A stretch of DNA of 64,000 nt from positions 21,233-85,232 of the forward strand of contig CAKNGB010000003.1 in the NCBI GenBank assembly GCA_930971385.1, read 5' to 3'. A program made the position numbers and the translations under genes. The notes below the pieces were generated by a model. That model was not told the DNA's origin, ran no database searches, and worked only from the letters and a program-made list of their open reading frames with translations. Numbering within the stretch: the stretch's first letter is position 1; each line of letters opens with the position of its first letter. Shown here piece after piece: positions 12,001-18,704 of the stretch. This stretch comes from an uncultured Clostridia bacterium (GTDB lineage Bacteria > Bacillota > Clostridia > Christensenellales > UBA1242).

Positions 12001-15000
12001 ATGGATTTAATGTCTACACTTATGATGATTCTGGCACACTTAACGGAATTCCATATTCTCCAGACCTTGCCTCCAATTTCTTAAATGTTCAAATTTCAAG
12101 TATTTCCTTTGAATATAACGGCACGCCTCTAACAGACTTAACCATAAACCCAGGAGATGATGGCTACAACTCTGTTTATGATGGACGCGAAAGCAACAAG
12201 CTTATTGTGGGCGCAGATAAATATATCTATGATTCCTATCTAGATGTTTACAGTGTTCCACGAAGCATCAACACTGCTTCTGAATCTTCTTATAATCACT
12301 ATGTTGTTCCAGAACTTCCAGCATATCTCTATGGCACAAGCAATGTGGTGGAAGATGTTGTTATGGTCATCACTTTAACTTATAACTCAAACTCCTGTGA
12401 AATAAGAACCACAATCGACATTGAGCGCGAAAGAACTGGCGAATTTAATTACGACAGCGTGCTTGACACAACTGTGATAAACAGCAAAGGTATGTTTGGC
12501 TCGTCAGACGGAATATATAACGACACATTGGAAATCACCTTGCAAAGCGGTGCAACATTAGAGTATGCCATCACAACTTCTTCTACAACTCCAGCCGACG
12601 ACAGCGCATACACTCAACTTCCTGTGAATAACAACGATTATGCAGTCACATATTACGCAAGAATAAGTGAAGAATTTGAGAAATTGTCTTCAACTATTAG
12701 TTCTAGCAGATATGTTCACATAAGAAGCACTCAAGGCGATTACACAATTAAATATGGTTCAAGTCAAGAAAATTCAGAATATTTTAATAAGAACACCTAT
12801 TGGAGCATTGGTCAAATTTCCACTATTGGTATTGGCGGAGCACCATTAACGCTTAGAATAAACGATATAGGCGAACTCAACAACGCTGGCTATGTGACAC
12901 GAGAGTTTTACACGATTGTTTCTTCAGGTGGCAAATTATATCAACAAGATAATGAAACCAATGTTTATCCAATTTACACAAGCGTTGCTGGCACCGACAC
13001 CACAACAGCACAATACTCAGTTTCAAATTATTACACTGTTTCTTCAAATGATGGAACAAGCACTTACTATGTTATTGCACCAGAGCAATGGGCAAGTGAA
13101 AGCCTCATCACTCTATCCTCACACGCAAATGTTGAAAGTGGTTTCAGTGCAAATGATCAATACACAACAATAAGAGATAACACAAGCATCGCCAACACGC
13201 CATATAAATTCACCTATGAAATCAATGGTGCAACAATCGACGCTATGGGCACAATCACAACTTCCACAAGTTTCGGACTCAACTCAAACACCATAACAGT
13301 GAAAGTTTATATGAAGGTTTCAGGCGAGGACGGCAACTTCAACAGCGACCGCGGAAGACTCATCGGCACTCTTGCCTTCACGCTTGGTTCTTCCACGCTG
13401 ACAGGCGGTTCTGTTAGCGGACCAGGAATTTACCAAATTGGAAATTCGGTTATTCCAATTGACAGTAACTACACACTCACAGGTGGAAGCGGAAATCCTG
13501 TTTCCGAATATGGTTCTGGCAATTCTTACACTATTCAAGTTAACGAAGAGTTTGTGTTTAGTGAAAAGTTTGGCACAGGAAGTGGTGATAATTCTCACTA
13601 CACCATTGTGCAAGAAAATAGCGGTGAAGGTTATCTCGTTCGTGGGAATGAAAACTCTTATACCTACACCGCAACTGGAAGATACACAAGCACTTTTGTG
13701 GAAAGTTATGTGGATGGTGAAATTTCCTATCGCTATTTCACAGCAACCGTTGTGGTCTATGATGAAAATATAACAACTGAGATTGCGGTATCTGCACAGA
13801 AATCAGACTCGAAATTTTCCGCTATTGAACTATTTAACCAAGCAGGAATAACAGTCAGCGAAGTTTACGATTGTGAAACAGGAGAAAAAGTTTCAGACAC
13901 TGGTATAGGTGTTTCCACAGCGGACATTAAAACCTTAAGCCTTGCAGTTGTGAATGAAACTTCGGTTAGTCACTACACTGTTAACCTTCTTGTTTATGAA
14001 AATGATTATGATAAAGATGTTGCATGGACTTTGAGAAGTAGATATAATTTAAGCAACATCTTTGTAAATAACACGGTATACAAAATTGAGAATAATGAGC
14101 TTATTGAGGTTAGTGGTGAACACTTAACCACAACGCCGACAGAGCCAATTTCCTATTATGTTGTAGAGGGCGGAACGCTTAATAAATATGATATAACCTA
14201 CCATATCCACTCTTCCACTCAAACTGACACCAGTGTAATTTGGTTTGAAGGCGATAGCATATCAAAAGATGACCTTCTAAGTGCGCTTGGCTATACCGAA
14301 ACGGATATAACTTACACAATCTATTCTGTCGATTCCACATCGCGAGTAATTACAGAAATTGCAGATAATCACACACTCAATGACACCGAAAATGTTTTCA
14401 CTCGTGAATTCTTGGTTAATGACGGAAAATCAAATTATCTTAGAAAAGTTGCGTTCTATCGCTACACCGACGAAACAGCAGACGGCGCGATTGATGTTGC
14501 CACAGTTTATGATAATAACTTCATAATGGCAAACCTCAACAGCATTGTTCGCGAAAGATTAGAAATCACAGGAGGAACAATTTCCTACTTCACATATAAT
14601 GAAGAGGCAGGCGCACTAAATCAAGCAAATAACTTCAACCTTTTAACTCAACCTGCTGTTGATAATGTTGTGACACAAGACTTCTATGTGCTTGTGAATA
14701 ACGAATATTACAAATTTACAGTGAACTTCTACTGCACAAGGTCGCGCGTTTCCAGCAACATCATTGTGAAGAACTCCACAAGTTTAACGGACCTAATAAA
14801 TGATGAAGTTAAAGGAAGCTTGGGAATTATAACTGGTGCCACAAGTTATGAATACTACGAGATAACAGATTCCTATCTTAAATCTAACACGCCGTCCAAC
14901 TCTGTCAATATTTCAACCGACGGTTATTCTGCAAAATATATGCACTATCTTTGCATAGTAACCGACGCAGAGGGTAATGTGATTAACTATATCCTAGACA

Positions 15001-15323
15001 TCATGTTTTTATATAACAATGGTGGAGAAGTTGACTCAAAACATCTTTTCACCTCCTCAATTTCCACCACAACGGCGGGAGAAAGAGTGTTTAATTTAAG
15101 TAATGTTGCAAACGCTGTGGCAAATAGGCTATTTGAAACCACAATGGCGAACATCTCTTTCTATGACAGTTTAGACGGCGAAACTCCAATCACTTCCATA
15201 ACACTTGCCGAAAGCACTGAGCAATACTATCTTGTCACTTGCTTTGTTCAAGAAAACACCGCCACAGAAAGAACTCAAATTTTCCTATTGATTGAAAACA
15301 ACATTTCGGGAGGCACTGCATGA
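3039..15323 (+). CDS. giant (4,094 aa) N-terminally membrane-anchored extracellular protein of unknown family
   Basis: A 12,285-nt uninterrupted frame in AT-rich DNA. The N-terminus MRRRKRKALAVWKVVLITIASIIGLMGVSVFVMYLLG is a basic stretch plus a single TM helix. The remainder is T/S/N/Y/D/E-rich and Cys-poor. No LPXTG, SLH or choline-binding C-terminus is visible, and no obvious tandem repeats can be seen by eye. Confidence 0.9.
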   Translation: MRRRKRKALAVWKVVLITIASIIGLMGVSVFVMYLLGMLEDTIVNPTSINFVKEGNEFYNSDRDTYEVSSNFSLTITTSTEGVTEDLVTLSLPNGTVRDGRIYNDVVSVPQTVRLNTPFEVELRESYNAELDRSYRNGGTTTISCESEYGPSENDTITISVDVPVSSIHAYVYDALDSTMTDLNGSVFIGSQFKVNVEFLPEASRYMFSTDEEKLVFYDPQNNYIDFDYETRTFDARDVSAGTGDTIRIFTFVDAYEQRQFLEANSDAQSFSVLNSRALNYFDAHQGSYAMDEIRIMVEEVSVHSFNISATNFSWYADTKFHLAFNSTSPVFSGNLGANIRDSEGNALNSIYAEGVGISYLGSENAEGADGITLRGSNYVMEVVETGTQGTDGGWHYEYQVNRIAYDSEASYTAHLGTAEDGSVTNTYYFILPSISSSSLVDNNSYEISTENQIDNGKFISALFLETEKGYEIFFDESLSANTQSLQNIFPTFYMDFEVSADNDIYWTSTTSPLTLVYDTDSLLSDTYDLSQDIFVDETNIYQTVRYFFSTDTGDALGTAPLEYADSGLYNRADLGITSQGTSTIVLYELNNSFLRAINGYDGTLYLYFATVRTNADGEIIYGNDGLYDIVQFSSARSLVIDATISFESITPQITITSAIAVDRFLVTGTNGQANIYLPTELYTNVPENENADSFTFEISLNSEDLISQNQISDFWTLFNNSSSSDSFLNLEFRTQSGEVWNYITITDVVNDTTDGVVIRGSIDISEGFTDPEGVVLTPWLVYNNGKQVQQKQVNISYNDVDYNSFTVYFQRIDSAVYAFMDENDEGNYNPEFFTNDTIDTVDVKITTKNGVEIKWGDTPIEEDGNRSAYDVLSDYLQVHLYDTHGKRIYTNVATYTLQEQVNNNYIIINNNRITSFASAENATTYLSATASGIDGSGTTTASVNFHIDSEGIREIFKDNSLYYNGNAEDNGVKVDKEEWSRVQVEKYLTIDKDIILSNLIRVYVGEEQDPTALTFRLSETYVAGLTTEQRNQLFRVGTDNQTTMLNLYSNYNGNKFTDDDIAESLTTDIVGLKLNIPFSGDNFNIIFDVRDTNGLVNIQLELIILNNLEASPTFDAYEAEYVSPEGDSYLSSYGASDDVIMVFAVDDEHEIDLNTYLALNYIDAGDEENTLSWDEGGGNLIIYANEGSNPVGTAGQTDPITVDGSVITFNDVAKATIVSLRIYFKAVNSYTYSINLNFIVNPNYAFVRNGEYINIQDVDQDSINLLDRYELYRATDIISYIKGEMTWDNVIKFQQLPEGITLTYDDTDNSNQIISINNAYIARRQDATLNISLGGAEKVSIGFTFTSDDDNFSILMFDFENQEMTSFERTNAFTFDVGYGENNNAFSVIETLLPIDDNLSDYELRETAEGYLLVLLENAEYVVGNGWSASGNVVQPSTNGIRVGVLSDFNVQDTISFTNNGDVIRVNSLLTKIGLEYVKYEEDYDFDIITSTNPNDLVENNIYQEFNAGANYQIVFEENADYVDEEDDDYGFHYINSGTALRATLSVYSSTVSGLVSTSGNTITINSLVESEQEVFVILELNLRANVNAGYINHNIYYRIKVLPNYTLSDVSYPYSDNAEYLRAKDFTLNENEELVLTINFNEEFTSCNAQTSVIGEKRFADLYNMDGEVVENANATYSISVSVNYGEPLTDYSQYLRLNCQNGSLEITLLDTSARIEIIVVKSFNDVYNSSREYHIIINGSPEYEVYVDNTLNNLEHDITVGTEYTYDVSVMEKQDNSTETPITNLKGHVTSSNESLLVPFIIGGESQEVSTTVYSYVGPIINLDSPIFISVDTTQASKYIEVTSYRLFDDTNNQYDEEYYTIETTHGQFAVLVNDLQFFDLSLNEDNATYTLYFKTVSSISSDDILTIGLYNDYENITDLVFNMDGGYNITYAEEMSGSYASGTSYTIRNFITSIFAHTDEEQDLTESFIYSLVDENEQRVILDDERNVTVAYSNEPFSVQFSATYSGYTFIFTVNFLASFNPNNVSTTVIDSTPHNSQDVISLSTVEDGLIKTKIAELFASSRDTVDAFTFASNNTDSFTISTVNVSENNTSYRQTIRINYVFNGNVIFSFDLIYSYTVSPNVNMVMNYPNPENLTETDFTSEYITNDAEGTNVINNFFNTSTDFIAEVDGVKPNRVQVTSVGEGTYSYASSISISAINNVTISTGDGTFSSVGDVLGSSSSTASGGDSLTLPELNLTFTLNGSGASGSVTFAININSVIRYYSVIVTTTNSVTVETNAVDRVNSDEYLYAEDLTNQELNIFAKDRLLHYEFLTGASGTYVAKFVHEDGSSLYETLEVESGEVLVDLGRSYEGYQYAGTFENEVDARNNEDAYNDEEVFVTAPSLTSRIILRYAGREVSKDIAIIYLTQGTETPTAMEEVSVTGDFFDTTTTYSIGYSLDLDGTTDNIITTRNQYGVYLTVKFEVNSDATSHYEELIAGNTYNLLEDFSASFEIMNPELDTYYAPSMFASAGSLELRMYGFSDMQILNQDNGGDALQVEAFNVHTALTNGTSSLAPSEVFETGLIPRYNMALNAEASTNIQSNYATIEEVPVGGTSDRTQDYEIYASGAGNNGNFIMMRLTYVVEFGGQRVSKSANLTFKIMPNLTVTFLSDNNTSNAQPGSTEEINGTTYLTNSARPYTISLSEDGLTQYLYTNSGNSILTVNLAGNSTNLAGTFDYTFPTLTNGSALTGGYNRYNDSQGLRLSWSGSASAGGFTFDGSATTSSISFTAKQILLGDRDYYFNAVDNHGFNIRIYVRISASLSPQIYDVTSSAREGDIIQIGVRHTEVNSRPTTLTSTTSADESGLPPEDQIPDRYNGTQYNYRYTIGRDESTAPTFSINGRIDGIIAESLNSSNANVVYVYAGQDSGEGELFATQNFSLARSEAGAQTITMYVNTTAAGVGTDDLLQVYYTRDDGTEYLVPEQTTSSARPEFTDASGLQVILDGFNVYTYDDSGTLNGIPYSPDLASNFLNVQISSISFEYNGTPLTDLTINPGDDGYNSVYDGRESNKLIVGADKYIYDSYLDVYSVPRSINTASESSYNHYVVPELPAYLYGTSNVVEDVVMVITLTYNSNSCEIRTTIDIERERTGEFNYDSVLDTTVINSKGMFGSSDGIYNDTLEITLQSGATLEYAITTSSTTPADDSAYTQLPVNNNDYAVTYYARISEEFEKLSSTISSSRYVHIRSTQGDYTIKYGSSQENSEYFNKNTYWSIGQISTIGIGGAPLTLRINDIGELNNAGYVTREFYTIVSSGGKLYQQDNETNVYPIYTSVAGTDTTTAQYSVSNYYTVSSNDGTSTYYVIAPEQWASESLITLSSHANVESGFSANDQYTTIRDNTSIANTPYKFTYEINGATIDAMGTITTSTSFGLNSNTITVKVYMKVSGEDGNFNSDRGRLIGTLAFTLGSSTLTGGSVSGPGIYQIGNSVIPIDSNYTLTGGSGNPVSEYGSGNSYTIQVNEEFVFSEKFGTGSGDNSHYTIVQENSGEGYLVRGNENSYTYTATGRYTSTFVESYVDGEISYRYFTATVVVYDENITTEIAVSAQKSDSKFSAIELFNQAGITVSEVYDCETGEKVSDTGIGVSTADIKTLSLAVVNETSVSHYTVNLLVYENDYDKDVAWTLRSRYNLSNIFVNNTVYKIENNELIEVSGEHLTTTPTEPISYYVVEGGTLNKYDITYHIHSSTQTDTSVIWFEGDSISKDDLLSALGYTETDITYTIYSVDSTSRVITEIADNHTLNDTENVFTREFLVNDGKSNYLRKVAFYRYTDETADGAIDVATVYDNNFIMANLNSIVRERLEITGGTISYFTYNEEAGALNQANNFNLLTQPAVDNVVTQDFYVLVNNEYYKFTVNFYCTRSRVSSNIIVKNSTSLTDLINDEVKGSLGIITGATSYEYYEITDSYLKSNTPSNSVNISTDGYSAKYMHYLCIVTDAEGNVINYILDIMFLYNNGGEVDSKHLFTSSISTTTAGERVFNLSNVANAVANRLFETTMANISFYDSLDGETPITSITLAESTEQYYLVTCFVQENTATERTQIFLLIENNISGGTA

Positions 15324-16771
15324 GTCCTTGGTTTTGGGTTTTTGTGGCAACCTACAGTTTAAACTTCTTACTCTTTCTTTCAATGGTGTTCCTGGAAAGA
15401 AAAAAATTCACAACCATAGTTTGTTGGACAACAATTTTAACCATTCTTCCAATTGTGGGATATATTTTCTACATTGTTATGGGGAATGGTTTGTCCATAA
15501 GAACAAGACGAATGATAAACAAGCATAAACTTTATGAACTTGACTATAACGAACGCATTAAAGAAATTCTTTTAATGCAAGAAAATCTGCGGGCAGAACT
15601 TAAAGACGATGTTGGGCTTGTTAAATGTTGCTATAACTTTGGCAGTATTCTTTGCCCTGGGAATGATGTTAAAATCTACCGCTGGGGAATAGACAAGATG
15701 TCGGCGCTTAAACGCGACCTACTGCTTGCCAAAGAAAGCATCAACATGGAGTATTATATTTTTGCTGACGACGAGGCTGGCAAGGAAATTATGAACATTT
15801 TAATTAACAAGGCAAAAGAGGGTGTTAAAGTGAAATTCATTTACGACTCCATCGGTTGCCTTGGCGCGCCAAGACGCTTTTTTAGGAAACTTAAAAAGGC
15901 AGGAGGCGAGGTGGCAGAGTTTTTCCCACCTTTTGCACATATTCGTCTTTTAAACTTAAAAATGAACTACCGTAATCACAGAAAAATTGTGGTAATCGAC
16001 GGCAAAGTTGCCTACACTGGTGGAATGAACATACGAAACGACCACATCTACGGCACAGAAAAGAAAACTTCTCCATGGCGTGACACGCATATAAGAATTA
16101 CTGGAAGTGGAGTTTACATTTTGCAAAACATCTTTCTGAACGACTGGCGCTATTGCAAAAAAGAAGAAAAAAGTGCCGATGAATATGTGCGCGCAGGCTA
16201 CTTTCCAAAAGTGGAGGTTAAAGGCGGAATAAGTTTGCAGGTGGTGGAGTCTGGACCAGACACGCCAATTCAAAAAATCAAGGAAACCTACATCAAAATG
16301 ATAACAAACGCCAAAAGCCATGTTTTCATTCAATCGCCATACTTCGTGCCTGACGACAGTTTCCTTTCCGCCATAAAAATTGCCTTGGCAAGTGGAGTTA
16401 AGGTGGGAATCATGATTCCTCAAAAGCCAGACCACAAAGCAATTTTTCATGTTTCCATTTCCTATCTTAAAGAACTTCTAGACCTGGGCGCGAATGTGTA
16501 TATGTATAAGGGCTTTCTTCACAGCAAGGCGCTGATTGTTGACGATAACAAACTTTCCATTGGCACTTGCAACACCGACAACCGCTCTTTTGCCTTGAAT
16601 TTTGAGGACACGGTTATCATGTATTCCAAGGAACTGACTGCTCAATATGAAAAAAGCGTTTTAGAAGATGTTAAAAACTCGGTTGTGGTTGACCAAATGT
16701 ATTACAAAAAGCGTCGTTGGTACACCAAATTTTTGCAAGCAGTTTTTCGACTCGGTGCGCCTATTCTATAA
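15320..16771 (+). CDS. cls: cardiolipin synthase (PLD superfamily, two HKD motifs)
   Basis: Two N-terminal TM helices. HKD motifs are NHRKIVVIDGKVAYTGGMNI and LHSKALIVDDNKLSIGTCNTDNRSF. The ATG overlaps the giant gene's TGA (gcATGAgt). Confidence 0.92.
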   Translation: MSPWFWVFVATYSLNFLLFLSMVFLERKKFTTIVCWTTILTILPIVGYIFYIVMGNGLSIRTRRMINKHKLYELDYNERIKEILLMQENLRAELKDDVGLVKCCYNFGSILCPGNDVKIYRWGIDKMSALKRDLLLAKESINMEYYIFADDEAGKEIMNILINKAKEGVKVKFIYDSIGCLGAPRRFFRKLKKAGGEVAEFFPPFAHIRLLNLKMNYRNHRKIVVIDGKVAYTGGMNIRNDHIYGTEKKTSPWRDTHIRITGSGVYILQNIFLNDWRYCKKEEKSADEYVRAGYFPKVEVKGGISLQVVESGPDTPIQKIKETYIKMITNAKSHVFIQSPYFVPDDSFLSAIKIALASGVKVGIMIPQKPDHKAIFHVSISYLKELLDLGANVYMYKGFLHSKALIVDDNKLSIGTCNTDNRSFALNFEDTVIMYSKELTAQYEKSVLEDVKNSVVVDQMYYKKRRWYTKFLQAVFRLGAPIL

Positions 16772-16801
16772 AAATTCTTCCATGAAAAAGTGGAAGATTT
16801 T

Positions 16802-16895
16802 TTATCCACACATAAGGCGGATAGTGTTTTATAATGTCGAAAATAATGTGCAAATGTGGATAAAATGTGGATAACTCGTGTGTAAATGTGGATAA
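16802..16895. promoter_or_regulatory. DnaA-box cluster (4 perfect consensus boxes in 94 bp)
   Basis: TTATCCACA at 16802-16810. Its complement TGTGGATAA occurs at 16855-16863, 16866-16874 and 16887-16895. Degenerate copies lie nearby (AGTGGAAAA, TGTGAAAAT). An extended -10 (TGCTATAAT, 16950-16958) for the next gene follows. Confidence 0.8.
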
Positions 16896-16978
16896 CTCAA
16901 AATTTTTAGTGGAAAAGTGTGAAAATTGTTTAATTTTTTTCTTGATATTTGCTATAATTATTCCAGTTAGGAGAGAAT

Positions 16979-17527
16979 ATGGAGTGGAATAGATTTGTTG
17001 ATAAAGATAAAGCATATAATGGCTTTGTGAAATATCGCAAAAAGGTTATCGATGCCTCAGAAATTGGTAAATTCGACGAGGCTTTCATCGACCTTGGCAC
17101 AAAAGCACTTGAGGGCGACGCCGTGGCGCAAGATTGCCTTGCTTATTTTTACAGCAAAGGGCTTCCTGGCTTTTTAAAGCAAAACTATGACTTATATATG
17201 TCGTGGGAAATTTTGGCGGGAGCCAATGGCAACTGTTTCGCACTCGACAAATTTGAATTCTTCTTAAAGTTTGGCATGGATGTTATTTTTGAAAAGGAAC
17301 TCATTTTAAAGCAAGCGCTAAGGCGGGGAAATGTCACTCAAAAAAATGCACTATACATGATTGCCAACCTCTTTTGCGAAAGTATGGCAGACACACTTAA
17401 ACTCGACGCTCAAAACCTCATTAAAGCCAAAAATGAAGAGGTTAAGTTTTCTCAAGAAGTCAACAGAAAATATGTGATTGCCATGGAGTCGTCCATTCCA
17501 GTTGTGGCGGAATTTTTGGTGAGTTAA
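16979..17527 (+). CDS. Sel1-like repeat (SLR/TPR-like) protein, function unknown
   Basis: 182 aa. EGDAVAQDCLAYFYSKGLPGFLKQNYDLYMSWEILAGANGNCFA fits the Sel1 repeat pattern. RBS AGGAGA is present. Confidence 0.5.
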   Translation: MEWNRFVDKDKAYNGFVKYRKKVIDASEIGKFDEAFIDLGTKALEGDAVAQDCLAYFYSKGLPGFLKQNYDLYMSWEILAGANGNCFALDKFEFFLKFGMDVIFEKELILKQALRRGNVTQKNALYMIANLFCESMADTLKLDAQNLIKAKNEEVKFSQEVNRKYVIAMESSIPVVAEFLVS

Positions 17528-18226
17528 ATGAAGATAAAAGTTCTTGGCAACAGTTGCACATGGTTCATGAGGCCCAACACCAATTTTTTGGTGGACGAAG
17601 TTATGCTTATCGACACTCCGCAGTCTTTCACAAAGTTTTTTCATATCGACTATGAAAAACTGAAATATATTTTAATCACACATTTTCATTCCGACCATTT
17701 CACAGACTTACATATCATTTGTGACTATCTTTTCAAAAGAAAAAATAAAGAAAAAGTGAAACTTATTGCGCCAAAAACGGCACTCGATAGGCTATATAAA
17801 CTTGGCAAACTTTTGGAACTAAAAAGAAGTAAGAAAGATTTACTTAAAATTTTTGATGTGGTGGAGATGAAAGATGGCAAAAGCGTTGTGATTGACAATT
17901 ACACTGTAACAGCCTTTAAGGTTAAGCACAATGTGAAATATCCTTTTGCCTACACCGTGGAAAAAGACGGAAAGGTGGCTGGTTTTTCTGGCGACACTGC
18001 GTATTGCGAAAACTTAATTAAATTGATTGAAAAAAGCGACATAGTTTTCATCGACACCGCAACCGAAAAAGTTAACGACACACATCTTTCAACAGGCGAG
18101 GTGCTTAAACTTATGACAAAATATAAGAATAAAAAATTCTATTCCATTCACACCACCGACAACATCCAGCAAAATTTTCAAGATAAACTTAATCTTCCAA
18201 ACATAAATTCGGAAATTCTTTTATGA
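17528..18226 (+). CDS. MBL-fold metallo-hydrolase
   Basis: HxHxDH motif (ITHFHSDHFTDL) plus downstream GDT and H residues. The start abuts the preceding stop (TAAATG). Confidence 0.8.
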   Translation: MKIKVLGNSCTWFMRPNTNFLVDEVMLIDTPQSFTKFFHIDYEKLKYILITHFHSDHFTDLHIICDYLFKRKNKEKVKLIAPKTALDRLYKLGKLLELKRSKKDLLKIFDVVEMKDGKSVVIDNYTVTAFKVKHNVKYPFAYTVEKDGKVAGFSGDTAYCENLIKLIEKSDIVFIDTATEKVNDTHLSTGEVLKLMTKYKNKKFYSIHTTDNIQQNFQDKLNLPNINSEILL

Positions 18227-18260
18227 GTTTCCTTTTTTTATAAAAATTTTTTAATTTTAG

Positions 18261-18319
18261 TTGACAAAGAAAAAGAGGAAGCATATAATGATAGTGAACA
18301 GTTGAACGAACATTCAACT
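18261..18319 (+). promoter_or_regulatory. cadCA promoter (TTGACA-17-TATAAT) with an ArsR/SmtB-type operator inverted repeat
   Basis: TTGACA at 18261-18266 and TATAAT at 18284-18289. The inverted repeat AGTTGAA-N6-TTCAACT at 18300-18319 lies just downstream of the -10, inside a larger ATAGT...ACTAT symmetry. Confidence 0.7.
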
Positions 18320-18332
18320 ATACGGAGGAAAT

Positions 18333-18704
18333 ATGGGTAAAAGTGTCTGTGATTGCGATGTCATTCACAGTGAAATTGTTGAAGAAGTGAAAAAAAAGAT
18401 GCTAAGCGAAGAGATTTTGCTTTCCATGGCAGATTTTTATAAAGCGGTTTCAGATTCCACGCGCATGAAAATCATCAATGCACTTTTCGAGCATGAACTT
18501 TGTGTTTGCGACATCTCATCGCTTGTTAACATGACAAAGTCAGCGGTTTCACATCAGTTGAAATATTTAAAGGATATGAACCTAATAAAAGCGCGTAAAC
18601 AGGGCAAAGAGGTGTATTACAGCCTTGCCGACCGCCATGTTAAAGAGGTCTTTGTGATAAGTAAAGAACATATTTTGGAGAAAATTGATGAAGAAGACTG
18701 TTAA
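18333..18704 (+). CDS. cadC: ArsR/SmtB family metalloregulator, CadC-like
   Basis: N-terminal Cys pair (KSVCDCDV), alpha3 ELCVCDISS, and wHTH VSHQLKYLKDMNLIKARKQGKEVYYSLAD. Overlaps the downstream P-type ATPase by 20 nt. Confidence 0.88.
   Translation: MGKSVCDCDVIHSEIVEEVKKKMLSEEILLSMADFYKAVSDSTRMKIINALFEHELCVCDISSLVNMTKSAVSHQLKYLKDMNLIKARKQGKEVYYSLADRHVKEVFVISKEHILEKIDEEDC

Noticed and set aside
3663-13773. About 20 short ORFs (60-120 aa) on both strands within the giant gene
   Set aside because: All are embedded in the 12.3-kb open frame, lack RBSs and have skewed, low-complexity translations. They are shadow ORFs.
15956-16450. 164-aa minus-strand ORF
   Set aside because: It is antisense to cardiolipin synthase, whose HKD motifs validate the plus frame.
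16802-16978. DnaA-box cluster as the chromosomal origin (oriC)
   Set aside because: No dnaA or dnaN is nearby. Genes on both sides are co-oriented on the plus strand, so there is no strand switch. I see no clear AT-rich unwinding element with DnaA-trio-like repeats next to the boxes. A DnaA-box cluster or regulatory site is more likely, but whole-genome skew is needed to be sure.
16668-17015. 68-aa plus-strand and 84-aa minus-strand ORFs across the DnaA-box region
   Set aside because: The translations are dictated by the repeated boxes. There is no RBS, and they overlap the cls 3' end or the start of the next gene.
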